The notes under the pieces: model-generated | Told to the model about the DNA's origin: nothing | Databases searched by the model: none | Seen by the model: only the letters and a program-made list of their open reading frames with translations | Part shown: positions 8,294 through 15,209 of the stretch, one piece after another | Position numbering within the stretch: position 1 is the first letter of the stretch | Layout of the letters: each line of letters begins with the position of its first letter | Made by a program: the position numbers and the translations under genes | Origin: a virus | Taxonomy: Duplodnaviria > Heunggongvirae > Uroviricota > Caudoviricetes | Direction: 5' to 3' (one strand) | IMG/VR virus record: IMGVR_UViG_2579778989_000013 | DNA length: 27,028 nt

Positions 8294-8601
8294 ATGCGCA
8301 TTTTTAAAAACGCCTGGTTTGAGCGACTTGCACGCAAAACAAAATATCCGACCAATCACTGCGCGAAATTGTTAAACAGGCTGATAACGGGCTTATCTCA
8401 GCAAACCTGGGTAACGGCGTTATCAAGCAACGTCTGCCACGAGTCGGTGGCGGCAAATCTGGCGGTTATCGCACAATCATTTTCTATCGCGTCGGCACAA
8501 GGGCCTTTTTCGTATATGCATACGCAAAAAATGAACGTGAAAATATAACCGCTACTGAGGAAAGTGCATTTCGGAAGGGGCTCCTCACGTACTCAATCTA
8601 A
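8294..8601 (+). pseudogene. RelE/ParE-superfamily (HigB-like) toxin gene disrupted by a frameshift
   Basis: N-terminal frame MRIFKNAWFERLARKTK... (track ORF 8231..8548). The conserved toxin core KISDQSLREIVKQADNGLISANLGNGVIKQRLPRVGGGKSGGYRTIIFYRVGTRAFFVYAYAKNERENITATEESAFRK is in the -1 frame and ends at stop 8599-8601. The frames meet in the A-run around 8339-8345. Confidence 0.6.
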
Positions 8602-8655
8602 CAGATGAACAACTGGCACAACTGATTCTACAGGGTCAGTTTACGGAGGTACCCA

Positions 8656-8973
8656 ATGAGTAAAAATTACCGCAGTGATGCGCTTGCATCCGTACATGAA
8701 ATGATGGAATCGCTTCATGATATCGGCGCAGTAACGAAACAGACTATGCGAGAATTCGATGAAACTTGTCTCCAGCCAGCGCCGGTAATGTCTCCGGAAA
8801 GGATCCGTGCACTGCGCGAACGAGAGCATCTGTCTCAACCTGTTTTTGCCAGATACCTCAACGTCAGTAAAAACCTGATATCAGACTGGGAACGTGGTGT
8901 AAAACGGCCGGGAGGTGCCGCTCTTCGCCTTCTTTCAGTCGTAGAGAAAAACGGAATCCAGGTAATATCATGA
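8656..8973 (+). CDS. HTH (XRE-family) antitoxin partner of the HigB-like toxin
   Basis: Track ORF; C-terminal HTH PERIRALREREHLSQPVFARYLNVSKNLISDWERGVKRPGGAALRLL; follows the toxin by about 55 bp in HigB-HigA order. Confidence 0.7.
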   Translation: MSKNYRSDALASVHEMMESLHDIGAVTKQTMREFDETCLQPAPVMSPERIRALREREHLSQPVFARYLNVSKNLISDWERGVKRPGGAALRLLSVVEKNGIQVIS

Positions 8974-8987
8974 TACTCCAATACAAC

Positions 8988-9010
8988 AAAACCCGCCGAA
9001 GCGGGTTTTC
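8988..9010. terminator. bidirectional intrinsic terminator between the convergent higA-like and doc-like genes
   Basis: aaacccgc-cgaa-gcgggttttc, with A-tract upstream and T-tract downstream. Confidence 0.6.
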
Positions 9011-9023
9011 ATTAGAAGCACCT

Positions 9024-9509
9024 TTAGTTTTGCTGTTCTATTTTAAGCTTGATAGTTTCATACAAAACAACAGTTGCGCCTGTTTTACATAATTCCCGGC
9101 CGTCATACGCACGAGACCAATAACACAACCAGTTCTCGAGATCTTCTCGAGTATAGGTTTTGCAGGCCAGTCCCTCTGCCATTTCCACGATTTCATCGCC
9201 TGGTGCTGTTAACTCATAGCCATTCAACAACAAGAAGACATAACCAGCCATCATAGCTGTTCGTTTGTTTGCATTAGCAAATGGATGATTCTGAATCAGA
9301 CTTTCAATCAATACTGATGCCAGTACAAACATGTCATTAGTCTGTTCATACCATCGAACCATGCTGGGACGAGACTGAGAAGAACTTAAATTATCAACAC
9401 TCAGCACACTAACAGGTTCATCTGGTGTTTGAAGCTCAATTAAAAGGCGATTAATTTCGGTAAGATCATCAAACGAAAGGTAGTGCACTCCTTCAACAAT
9501 ATCAGCCAT
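9024..9509 (-). CDS. doc: Doc (death-on-curing)/Fic-family toxin, 161 aa
   Basis: Motif HPFANANKRTA fits the Doc-type signature HxFx(D/N)(A/G)NKR rather than the Fic motif HPFx(D/E)GNGR. ATG at 9509 inside track ORF 9024..9518. Confidence 0.75.
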   Translation of the reverse strand: MADIVEGVHYLSFDDLTEINRLLIELQTPDEPVSVLSVDNLSSSQSRPSMVRWYEQTNDMFVLASVLIESLIQNHPFANANKRTAMMAGYVFLLLNGYELTAPGDEIVEMAEGLACKTYTREDLENWLCYWSRAYDGRELCKTGATVVLYETIKLKIEQQN

Positions 9510-9527
9510 AGAGCACAATACCCATCA

Positions 9528-9707
9528 TTACACTTTTGAAAGTTCTTCCATTGCCTTCTCGTAACGAGAAAAACCGAAATCGAAAGCATTTTTCACCTGC
9601 TCACGATGAGTGCAATTTTCATCGATAGCCGGGCGCGGAGCTGCCACAACGCTTTTATCGCGAGGGGGAATAGTCAATCGCGGGTGTTTTTTTAGTGCGT
9701 AGCTCAT
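9528..9707 (-). CDS. putative antitoxin partner of Doc (unrecognised family), 59 aa
   Basis: Small ORF whose stop (9528-9530) lies 18 nt upstream of the doc ATG; translation MSYALKKHPRLTIPPRDKSVVAAPRPAIDENCTHREQVKNAFDFGFSRYEKAMEELSKV. Assignment rests on position only. Confidence 0.4.
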   Translation of the reverse strand: MSYALKKHPRLTIPPRDKSVVAAPRPAIDENCTHREQVKNAFDFGFSRYEKAMEELSKV

Positions 9708-9822
9708 TGGGTGTACCCTTACTTCTCCGTCCTGTTCTTTAACAAAAATCAAGTCAATACAAAATTAGTCAGGCTAATGTTGTTAGCATAGCCTAATACC
9801 AATCGTATTCACAACCACAGTA

Positions 9823-9848
9823 AGTGAAAAAACCCGCCGAAGCGGGTT
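9823..9848 (-). terminator. intrinsic terminator downstream of hok (minus strand)
   Basis: Minus-strand hairpin aacccgc-uucg-gcggguu followed by uuuuuca; same stem sequence as the 8988-9010 terminator. Confidence 0.6.
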
Positions 9849-9916
9849 AAGTGCGGGTGCGTTGAGGATGCCTGACACATCAGAGGTGGCGAGGGGTTTC
9901 TCCCCCGCCAGGGCTC

Positions 9917-10072
9917 TTACTCCTCAGGTTCGTAAGCTGTGAAGACAGCAACCTCCGTCTGACCGGTTCGGATTCGTACCTCGCAGAGGTCTTTCCTCGT
10001 TACCAGTGCCGTCACTACGACGGTAATACAGATGACGATCAGGGCGACTAACATCGCCTTTTGCTGCTTCAT
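9917..10072 (-). CDS. hok: Hok/Gef-family type I toxin (51 aa)
   Basis: Translation MKQQKAMLVALIVICITVVVTALVTRKDLCEVRIRTGQTEVAVFTAYEPEE closely matches the HokD/RelF sequence as I recall it. An in-frame upstream ATG at 10129 gives a Mok-like leader (track ORF 9917..10129). Fold-back hairpins lie in the leader at about 10190-10230. Confidence 0.85.
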   Translation of the reverse strand: MKQQKAMLVALIVICITVVVTALVTRKDLCEVRIRTGQTEVAVFTAYEPEE

Positions 10073-10317
10073 AGCCTGCTTCTCCTTGCCTTTCGGCGCG
10101 TAAGAGGCTAACCTACATGTGTCTAGCATGAAATTGGCCTCAGATTAATGTTAGGCGTCTTGCAGGACGCGTAATGTTAACTGGGGCTTTTCTCTGTCTG
10201 CCTTACGGTGGCATGCCCGAGGCAGACAGCCTCAAGCACCCGCAGCAATTCTACTTAACTCTCGCTTTACCGCAAACCGTTTTTACCCGATATGGGAATT
10301 CCCATATCGTAATGAAT

Positions 10318-10422
10318 TCAGTTCCCTAGTCGATCCATCAAAAACACAACCAGGCAGTAAACGCCCACAACAGCAATAACAGCCAGCGCACCTTCCATTG
10401 CCAGTGATATATCATCCGACAT
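10318..10422 (-). CDS. small hydrophobic peptide (34 aa), putative membrane protein
   Basis: RBS AAGGAGG 6 nt before the ATG; translation MSDDISLAMEGALAVIAVVGVYCLVVFLMDRLGN (one TM helix). Shorter than the ORF-track cutoff. Confidence 0.4.
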   Translation of the reverse strand: MSDDISLAMEGALAVIAVVGVYCLVVFLMDRLGN

Positions 10423-10457
10423 ATTCCCTCCTTTGGTGTTAATCCCGGCGAACGTTT

Positions 10458-10541
10458 TTACCCCCACCGACAAATAACATATACTAAAAAAGCGATAGCC
10501 ATAGCAACGCCTGTAATTGCAAATGCTTCAGGCCAGTTCAT
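10458..10541 (-). CDS. small hydrophobic peptide (27 aa), translationally coupled to the upstream DUF551 gene
   Basis: ATGA start/stop overlap with the DUF551 gene; RBS AGGAGG; translation MNWPEAFAITGVAMAIAFLVYVICRWG. Confidence 0.35.
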   Translation of the reverse strand: MNWPEAFAITGVAMAIAFLVYVICRWG

Positions 10542-11122
10542 TGGCGCACCTCCTGCGGCGGTTCTGGTAGCGGCATCCAGTCGGTTACATTGCGGCTCTG
10601 TGTTTCGAAAAATTCATCACCATCACGGACTACATCAAAAAACTCACCGTCTCGATATTGCGCATAAAGAACGAATGCGCCATCACATAAAATAATTACG
10701 TGCTGACCGTCATCCGGCATTCGCTCACTACAGCTTATCCAACCATCCAGAGTTACCGGATGGTTGGTTGACGTTTCCGAGATTTCCCGAAAATTATTGG
10801 TTGACGAACCCTTCTTTTCCCGAAAGTTTCCAGCCTGAAGCATGGCGGCGCTGTCTGGCGGGGCAGCATATAGCGGCACGTATATTTCCGGTTCCTTATC
10901 AGCACCGGGTTGCTCTTCCAGTGAGAATGTCTTTCCGGTAAATCGATTCATATAAAGCACGGGCTCTGCTTCCAGCGAAGCCTGAGCAACAAGGGCCAGT
11001 GCTAAATCCAACTCAATTGCCTCGAGAGAATTTTTGAATGCTGTCTGTTTTACTGCAAATTTCATCGCCTTTACATTTTCACTAACATGACTGATTAACT
11101 GCTCTTTTGTAAAAGTGGTCAT
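10538..11122 (-). CDS. DUF551-domain phage protein
   Basis: Strong RBS AAGGAGA before ATG at 11122 (inside track ORF 10538..11182). C-terminal region GWISCSERMPDDGQHVIILCDGAFVLYAQYRDGEFFDV...WMPLPEPP is typical of DUF551. Confidence 0.6.
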   Translation of the reverse strand: MTTFTKEQLISHVSENVKAMKFAVKQTAFKNSLEAIELDLALALVAQASLEAEPVLYMNRFTGKTFSLEEQPGADKEPEIYVPLYAAPPDSAAMLQAGNFREKKGSSTNNFREISETSTNHPVTLDGWISCSERMPDDGQHVIILCDGAFVLYAQYRDGEFFDVVRDGDEFFETQSRNVTDWMPLPEPPQEVRQ

Positions 11123-11178
11123 CTCATTCTCCTTTGATGCGAATGCCAGCGACAATTGAAGCCTGATAGCTAATTTAC

Positions 11179-11574
11179 TCACAGTACCGCCTCCTGAAAA
11201 TTCCCCTGATAGAAAGCCAGCACGCGCTGCATAACTTCACTATTCCGGCACTCGCGACAGATTATGTTCAGGCGTCTATCGTAGCGGCGAATTTCTCCGT
11301 CTGGTAACTTTCGAATCAATGTCTGGTCAGTTGTTTTCTCCGGTGTCTTACGCCATACGCGATACACCTGTTCTGATGCAAAAACACCGTATTTACCGGA
11401 CATGTATAAATCGCCACAAGCCAGTACATCCACAAGGCAACGTCTGACTGAATGCCAGCCTGCTCCCGTCGCTCTCTCCAGTTGCGATATCGTCATGCGT
11501 TCATTTTTGCGTACCAATCCGATAATTCGTGCCTTCAGTTCTTCCCGCTGTTCGTGTGTAAAAGGTTTCGCCAT
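11179..11574 (-). CDS. hypothetical nin-region protein (131 aa)
   Basis: RBS GGAGG before ATG at 11574; translation MAKPFTHEQREELKARIIGLVRKNERMTISQLERATGAGWHSVRRC...; within track ORF 11179..11589. Confidence 0.5.
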   Translation of the reverse strand: MAKPFTHEQREELKARIIGLVRKNERMTISQLERATGAGWHSVRRCLVDVLACGDLYMSGKYGVFASEQVYRVWRKTPEKTTDQTLIRKLPDGEIRRYDRRLNIICRECRNSEVMQRVLAFYQGNFQEAVL

Positions 11575-11589
11575 AAGCGCCTCCGGCAA

Positions 11590-12360
11590 TCACTTTTCCG
11601 ACACAATACGACCGGATGAATCGACAATCTGTCGAACAATATCCCGGTGCTTGTTCAGCTCCCGCAGCGCGGCGCAGACTCGCTCCCACTTCTGGACCTG
11701 TTTTTTGGCGCGACGAAGTTCTCGACTGGCAGCATGCAGCGATGGAAGCATCACCGAACTGGCAGATTTTTCGGTGAATGATGGAACTTCTCGGATAAAC
11801 TCATCTGTACTGGCCTTTGCCGTGCTCTCTGATGCCAACGGAAAACGATTCATTTCATCGCCTGCCGCGCTGTTTTCTGCGTCATGGTGTGATTGCTTAT
11901 TCTGCGATGATAAAGCGCTCAAATCGCCGTTTTCGACATCAGGCATTTTGTAACGGAATTTTCCGTTGCTGATCTCGCGTACCAGGCGTCTCGTTGCTGT
12001 TACCACCGCCAACGTGGAAGCAACCTTACGAGTGCTGACACCGAACTTCCCCGCCAGTTCCTCACACGTTTTAGCCCCATCCTGATCGATAAACTCAATC
12101 ATCATGTCTGCGGTAACTTTTGGAGCGACCTCTTCGGTTACCACATCCGGCGCTTCAGGTTGTAGTGCCTGCCCTTCGGTTACCCCGGCTTCACCTTCGA
12201 CAGCCAGAAACCAGGTGTGACCCGTTTTATCAACAACGCCATTTTTTTTGAGCTCCCACAGTTCGTTGAGAACTTCTTCACGGCTGATATCAAGCCGCGC
12301 CGCCAGTTCAACAGAATTGGCTTTTCCCATCGCTTTCAGTGCATGCAATACGGTTTCCAT
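11590..12360 (-). CDS. hypothetical phage protein with N-terminal winged-helix-like region (possibly DUF1627 family)
   Basis: Track ORF, 256 aa; follows the DnaC-like gene as in Stx-type prophages; family assignment from memory only. Confidence 0.55.
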   Translation of the reverse strand: METVLHALKAMGKANSVELAARLDISREEVLNELWELKKNGVVDKTGHTWFLAVEGEAGVTEGQALQPEAPDVVTEEVAPKVTADMMIEFIDQDGAKTCEELAGKFGVSTRKVASTLAVVTATRRLVREISNGKFRYKMPDVENGDLSALSSQNKQSHHDAENSAAGDEMNRFPLASESTAKASTDEFIREVPSFTEKSASSVMLPSLHAASRELRRAKKQVQKWERVCAALRELNKHRDIVRQIVDSSGRIVSEK

Positions 12361-12385
12361 CGAAAATTTACCTCGTCAAAAATTC

Positions 12386-13126
12386 TCACATACCCTGACG
12401 TCCAACGTTTGACCGCCAGCTCTCCCAGTTAAAATTCACCCAACGACCACCGTTCATGGTCATCCGGTCCATAATCCTCTCACCAAGAAGCGTGCTCATT
12501 GCGGCATGATTCAGGTTTGTCAGCATCCCGACACTGCGCAGTGATGCCGTCCGGCGGTCAACAATCTGGTGCAGTACCACCTGCTCGTTTTTCGTCTCAC
12601 GCTGGATGCCAATTTCGTCAAGAACCAGGAGGTCCACTTCGCACAGTTCACGCAAAAATTTTTCCCCTGACAGTCCGTCGTCATAGCTGGCATGTAACGC
12701 GCTCATCACATCCGCCACGGTGACCACTATCACGGATTTACCGGCCTTCAGCAGACGATTACCCACAGCCGCCGCCAGATGATTTTTTCCGGTTCCCGGA
12801 TTCCCGCTGAACACGAAGTTTGTATAACCGGTCATTAATTCATCGACAATGGATTTCGCCTGGCTCAGAGCATGGCGCTGACCGTCGTTCTGCACCCGGT
12901 AGTTCCCGAATGAGCACTTCCTGTGAAGCGGCTGGATGCCCGAACGATTCAGGATTTTTTCAACCCGCGTCTGGTGATTCTGGCGGTTAACTTCCTCGCT
13001 GCGCTTCCGGCCCTCAGCCAGTTGCCATTCCCGCCATTCGTCGGTCGTCCGGAACGGTGCTGCCACGTGCGGTGGTGCCAGACGGCGCACCCGTTCAAGA
13101 ATCCCTCCTGTCGAAATGTTTTTCAT
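12386..13126 (-). CDS. DnaC/IstB-like AAA+ helicase loader (phage replication protein)
   Basis: Walker A FSGNPGTGKNHLAAAVG and Walker B LLVLDEIG; located directly after the initiator gene. Confidence 0.85.
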   Translation of the reverse strand: MKNISTGGILERVRRLAPPHVAAPFRTTDEWREWQLAEGRKRSEEVNRQNHQTRVEKILNRSGIQPLHRKCSFGNYRVQNDGQRHALSQAKSIVDELMTGYTNFVFSGNPGTGKNHLAAAVGNRLLKAGKSVIVVTVADVMSALHASYDDGLSGEKFLRELCEVDLLVLDEIGIQRETKNEQVVLHQIVDRRTASLRSVGMLTNLNHAAMSTLLGERIMDRMTMNGGRWVNFNWESWRSNVGRQGM

Positions 13127-13132
13127 GGCTGA

Positions 13133-14215
13133 TTACCCCCTGAAACCCGGCGGAATTTCGGTGTCCGGTTCAGAAATGTGATTCACGCAACGCAGGCTGA
13201 CTGCGCCAGCCTTCGGCAGCGACCACGGATTTTCGAAATTCCTGTTCGGGCCAAAAAACGTCGATGCCTGCTGAACAAATTCAGTTCCCGCTTTCCCGGT
13301 AGCCTCCAGGTATCTTGCGTAACGCCTCACGCCATCCAGCACGACATCCGGTGACACCCCTTCGCGTAATCTGGCCCTCCAGGCATTGAACGCGGATTTC
13401 TTCGGGTTTGACCCTGCCCGATGCGGATATTCACGCCAGACCCGTTCGAACACGTCAGGATAATCAACTCGTCCCGCAGACGGTCCCGGCATCGCCCGGG
13501 TTAACCCAATCGGCTTCCCGCTCATCGCGGAATCGGCTTCAGGCTGCTGCGGTTGGCGTTGTTGCTCCGGTTCGACGATCAGCACCTGCTGCACACAACG
13601 CCCGGAATCTGCTTCCGGTGTCGTGCCATCTGGTCCTGGACGTTCAGTCAGAACAGGACAAAAATCCCCCTGTGGGTCCGTGGCGATTTTTTCGCCATGG
13701 ACCAGAAGGGTTTTATCCCTTTCCTGTTCCTGTTCCTGTTCCTGTTCTTGGCTTGAAAGGGGCTCTGAAGGGGCTTCAATTTTCCGACATGATTCACGTC
13801 TGACATCCAGGTGGAAATCATCCTTATATCTATCATAAAAGGATGATAAAAAAGGATTTTCCAGCAACGCGGAATATTCATTTCTTACCCCAGCACAACG
13901 GTTATCGCCAGGTTTCAGCGATTCACCAACCTGCCATGCTGCCATTTCATGCACCCATACAACCTCAGAATCATGGTCATAGCTGCAAAAACCAGCCTCG
14001 CAAGCCATTTGAAGCCCCTTAGAAGCCCCTTCAGGAGCAAGTCCGGTTTCGTGAGCAATGTACAAAACAGGCAGGTAATAAAGGCCCAGCATATTGGAAT
14101 GAGGCGAGGTCATCATATACAACGCCACTACCATACATTCCGGACCAGACTTCCTTAGTTTTCGCCCTGTATCGCCTAACCAGAACTGAGGTGAAATTGT
14201 TGCGTAATTACGCAT
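13133..14215 (-). CDS. phage replication initiator / replisome organiser (O-like), 360 aa
   Basis: Position between cII and the DnaC-like loader; RBS GAGGGGA; internal QE-repeat linker and internal repeats/AT-rich patch suggest an ori within the gene. Family not firmly identified. Confidence 0.7.
   Translation of the reverse strand: MRNYATISPQFWLGDTGRKLRKSGPECMVVALYMMTSPHSNMLGLYYLPVLYIAHETGLAPEGASKGLQMACEAGFCSYDHDSEVVWVHEMAAWQVGESLKPGDNRCAGVRNEYSALLENPFLSSFYDRYKDDFHLDVRRESCRKIEAPSEPLSSQEQEQEQEQERDKTLLVHGEKIATDPQGDFCPVLTERPGPDGTTPEADSGRCVQQVLIVEPEQQRQPQQPEADSAMSGKPIGLTRAMPGPSAGRVDYPDVFERVWREYPHRAGSNPKKSAFNAWRARLREGVSPDVVLDGVRRYARYLEATGKAGTEFVQQASTFFGPNRNFENPWSLPKAGAVSLRCVNHISEPDTEIPPGFRG
13723..13746. 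repeat. hexanucleotide microsatellite (CCTGTT)x4 inside the initiator gene, encoding (QE)n
   Basis: Perfect tandem cctgtt copies at 13723-13746 with degenerate flanks; in-frame, read as EQEQEQEQ on the minus strand. Confidence 0.8.
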
Positions 14216-14247
14216 AGTCCCCTCGCATACAAGATTTACTCCATACC

Positions 14248-14404
14248 GCAGACGGTCCCGGTATCTCCCGGGTTAACCCAATCGGCTTCAGGCTGCTGCG
14301 GTTGGTGTGACTGCACATTGGTGTGACTGCACATCTTCACAGACGGTCCCGGTATCTCCGGGTTAACCCAATCGGCTTCAGGCTGCTGCGGTTGGTGTTG
14401 TTGC
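14248..14404. repeat. two tandem partial copies (about 60 bp each) of an internal initiator-gene segment, located in the cII-O intergenic region
   Basis: cgcagacggtcccggtatctcccgggttaacccaatcggcttcaggctgctgcggttggtg at 14248-14307 and again at 14340-14404; both match 13475-13565 inside the initiator gene. Separated by a duplicated 14-mer gtgtgactgcacat. Confidence 0.8.
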
Positions 14405-14468
14405 TGGCGAAATTCTTCCAGATGTGGCAGAATTATTCCCGTGTATTGCTCCATGCCCTGCCTGAATA

Positions 14469-14765
14469 TCAGATATTCATCAGGATTTGCTCAGAACGTC
14501 CGGCCCCAACCGGACGTTTTTTATTTGCATGAACGTTAATGGCATGCTGGAAAGCCCGGCTGATCGGACTGATATCAGATGCCATCTGAAACGCGCATAA
14601 AATCGCCGCGATGTATCGCCAGTCGGTACGACTGACCTTCGATTCATGACAGCCAATCATCTTCGCCAGTCCCCTTTGCGTCAGAGCTGACAGGTTGATA
14701 AGTAAATCCGTTTCAGCGCGATCGATATCGCGCTGTGACAGTTTGCTGTAACTTGTTTGTTCCAT
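14469..14765 (-). CDS. cII: CII-like transcriptional activator
   Basis: Track ORF; C-terminus NKKRPVGAGRSEQILMNI resembles lambda CII NKKRPAATERSEQIQMEF; located after cro and nutR. Confidence 0.75.
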   Translation of the reverse strand: MEQTSYSKLSQRDIDRAETDLLINLSALTQRGLAKMIGCHESKVSRTDWRYIAAILCAFQMASDISPISRAFQHAINVHANKKRPVGAGRSEQILMNI

Positions 14766-14850
14766 TTCTTAAGATTTCCAATAGTGAATAGCTAGTTGAA
14801 AGGTATGCGTGGAAACGCATATGGCCTTAGTTGGTCAGATATCTTGGGGC

Positions 14851-14865
14851 TCGCTTTGTCAGCGA
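14851..14865 (-). promoter_or_regulatory. nutR boxB-like hairpin (N-utilisation site)
   Basis: Minus-strand tcgctgacaaagcga between cro and cII shares the 13-mer CGCTGACAAAGCG with the element upstream of N at 18366-18380. Confidence 0.55.
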
Positions 14866-14903
14866 CGTAGGACGAATGTCCATTGTGAAAATAGCGGTGT
14901 TAC

Positions 14904-15131
14904 TTATGCAGCCAGAAGGTTCTTTTTGCTTATTTCAAGCATTTCGCTTGCTTGATATTTGCCACCAGAAATCTCTTCGATTTTTGATGCGTATTTCGTT
15001 TTCCCAAAAAACTCAGTCTTAGGGAGGAAGCCGTTTTTGAGCCACTTATAGACAGCCCTTTCGCTAACTCCACAAGCCTTCGCAACTTCAGGGATGCCGA
15101 CACCTTTAATCGGCTCATCAAGATTTTGCAT
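14904..15131 (-). CDS. cro: Cro-like HTH repressor (75 aa)
   Basis: Divergent from cI; RBS AAGGA; HTH GIPEVAKACGVSERAVYKWL; internal start within track ORF 14904..15164. Confidence 0.7.
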   Translation of the reverse strand: MQNLDEPIKGVGIPEVAKACGVSERAVYKWLKNGFLPKTEFFGKTKYASKIEEISGGKYQASEMLEISKKNLLAA

Positions 15132-15209
15132 AGGGATATCCTTTTTCGTACTTTCAGTACGCATTATGATTGAACTGAAAGTTTTTGCAAGTGCTTTAGT
15201 ATCGTACTC
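15132..15209. promoter_or_regulatory. OR-type divergent promoter/operator region between cro and cI
   Basis: 78-bp intergenic region containing the palindrome CGTACT-TTC-AGTACG and further TCGTAC-containing repeats. Confidence 0.5.

Noticed and set aside
14248-14404. Direct repeats considered as a CRISPR array
   Set aside because: Only two or three copies, repeat unit about 60 bp with no regular unique spacers, and the copies match coding sequence of the initiator gene; no cas genes.
14236-14454. Minus-strand ORF 14236..14454 (72 aa) in the cII-O spacer
   Set aside because: Its sequence is the translation of the duplicated repeat copies (repeating QPQQPEADWVNP), with no RBS; interpreted as repeat DNA rather than a gene.
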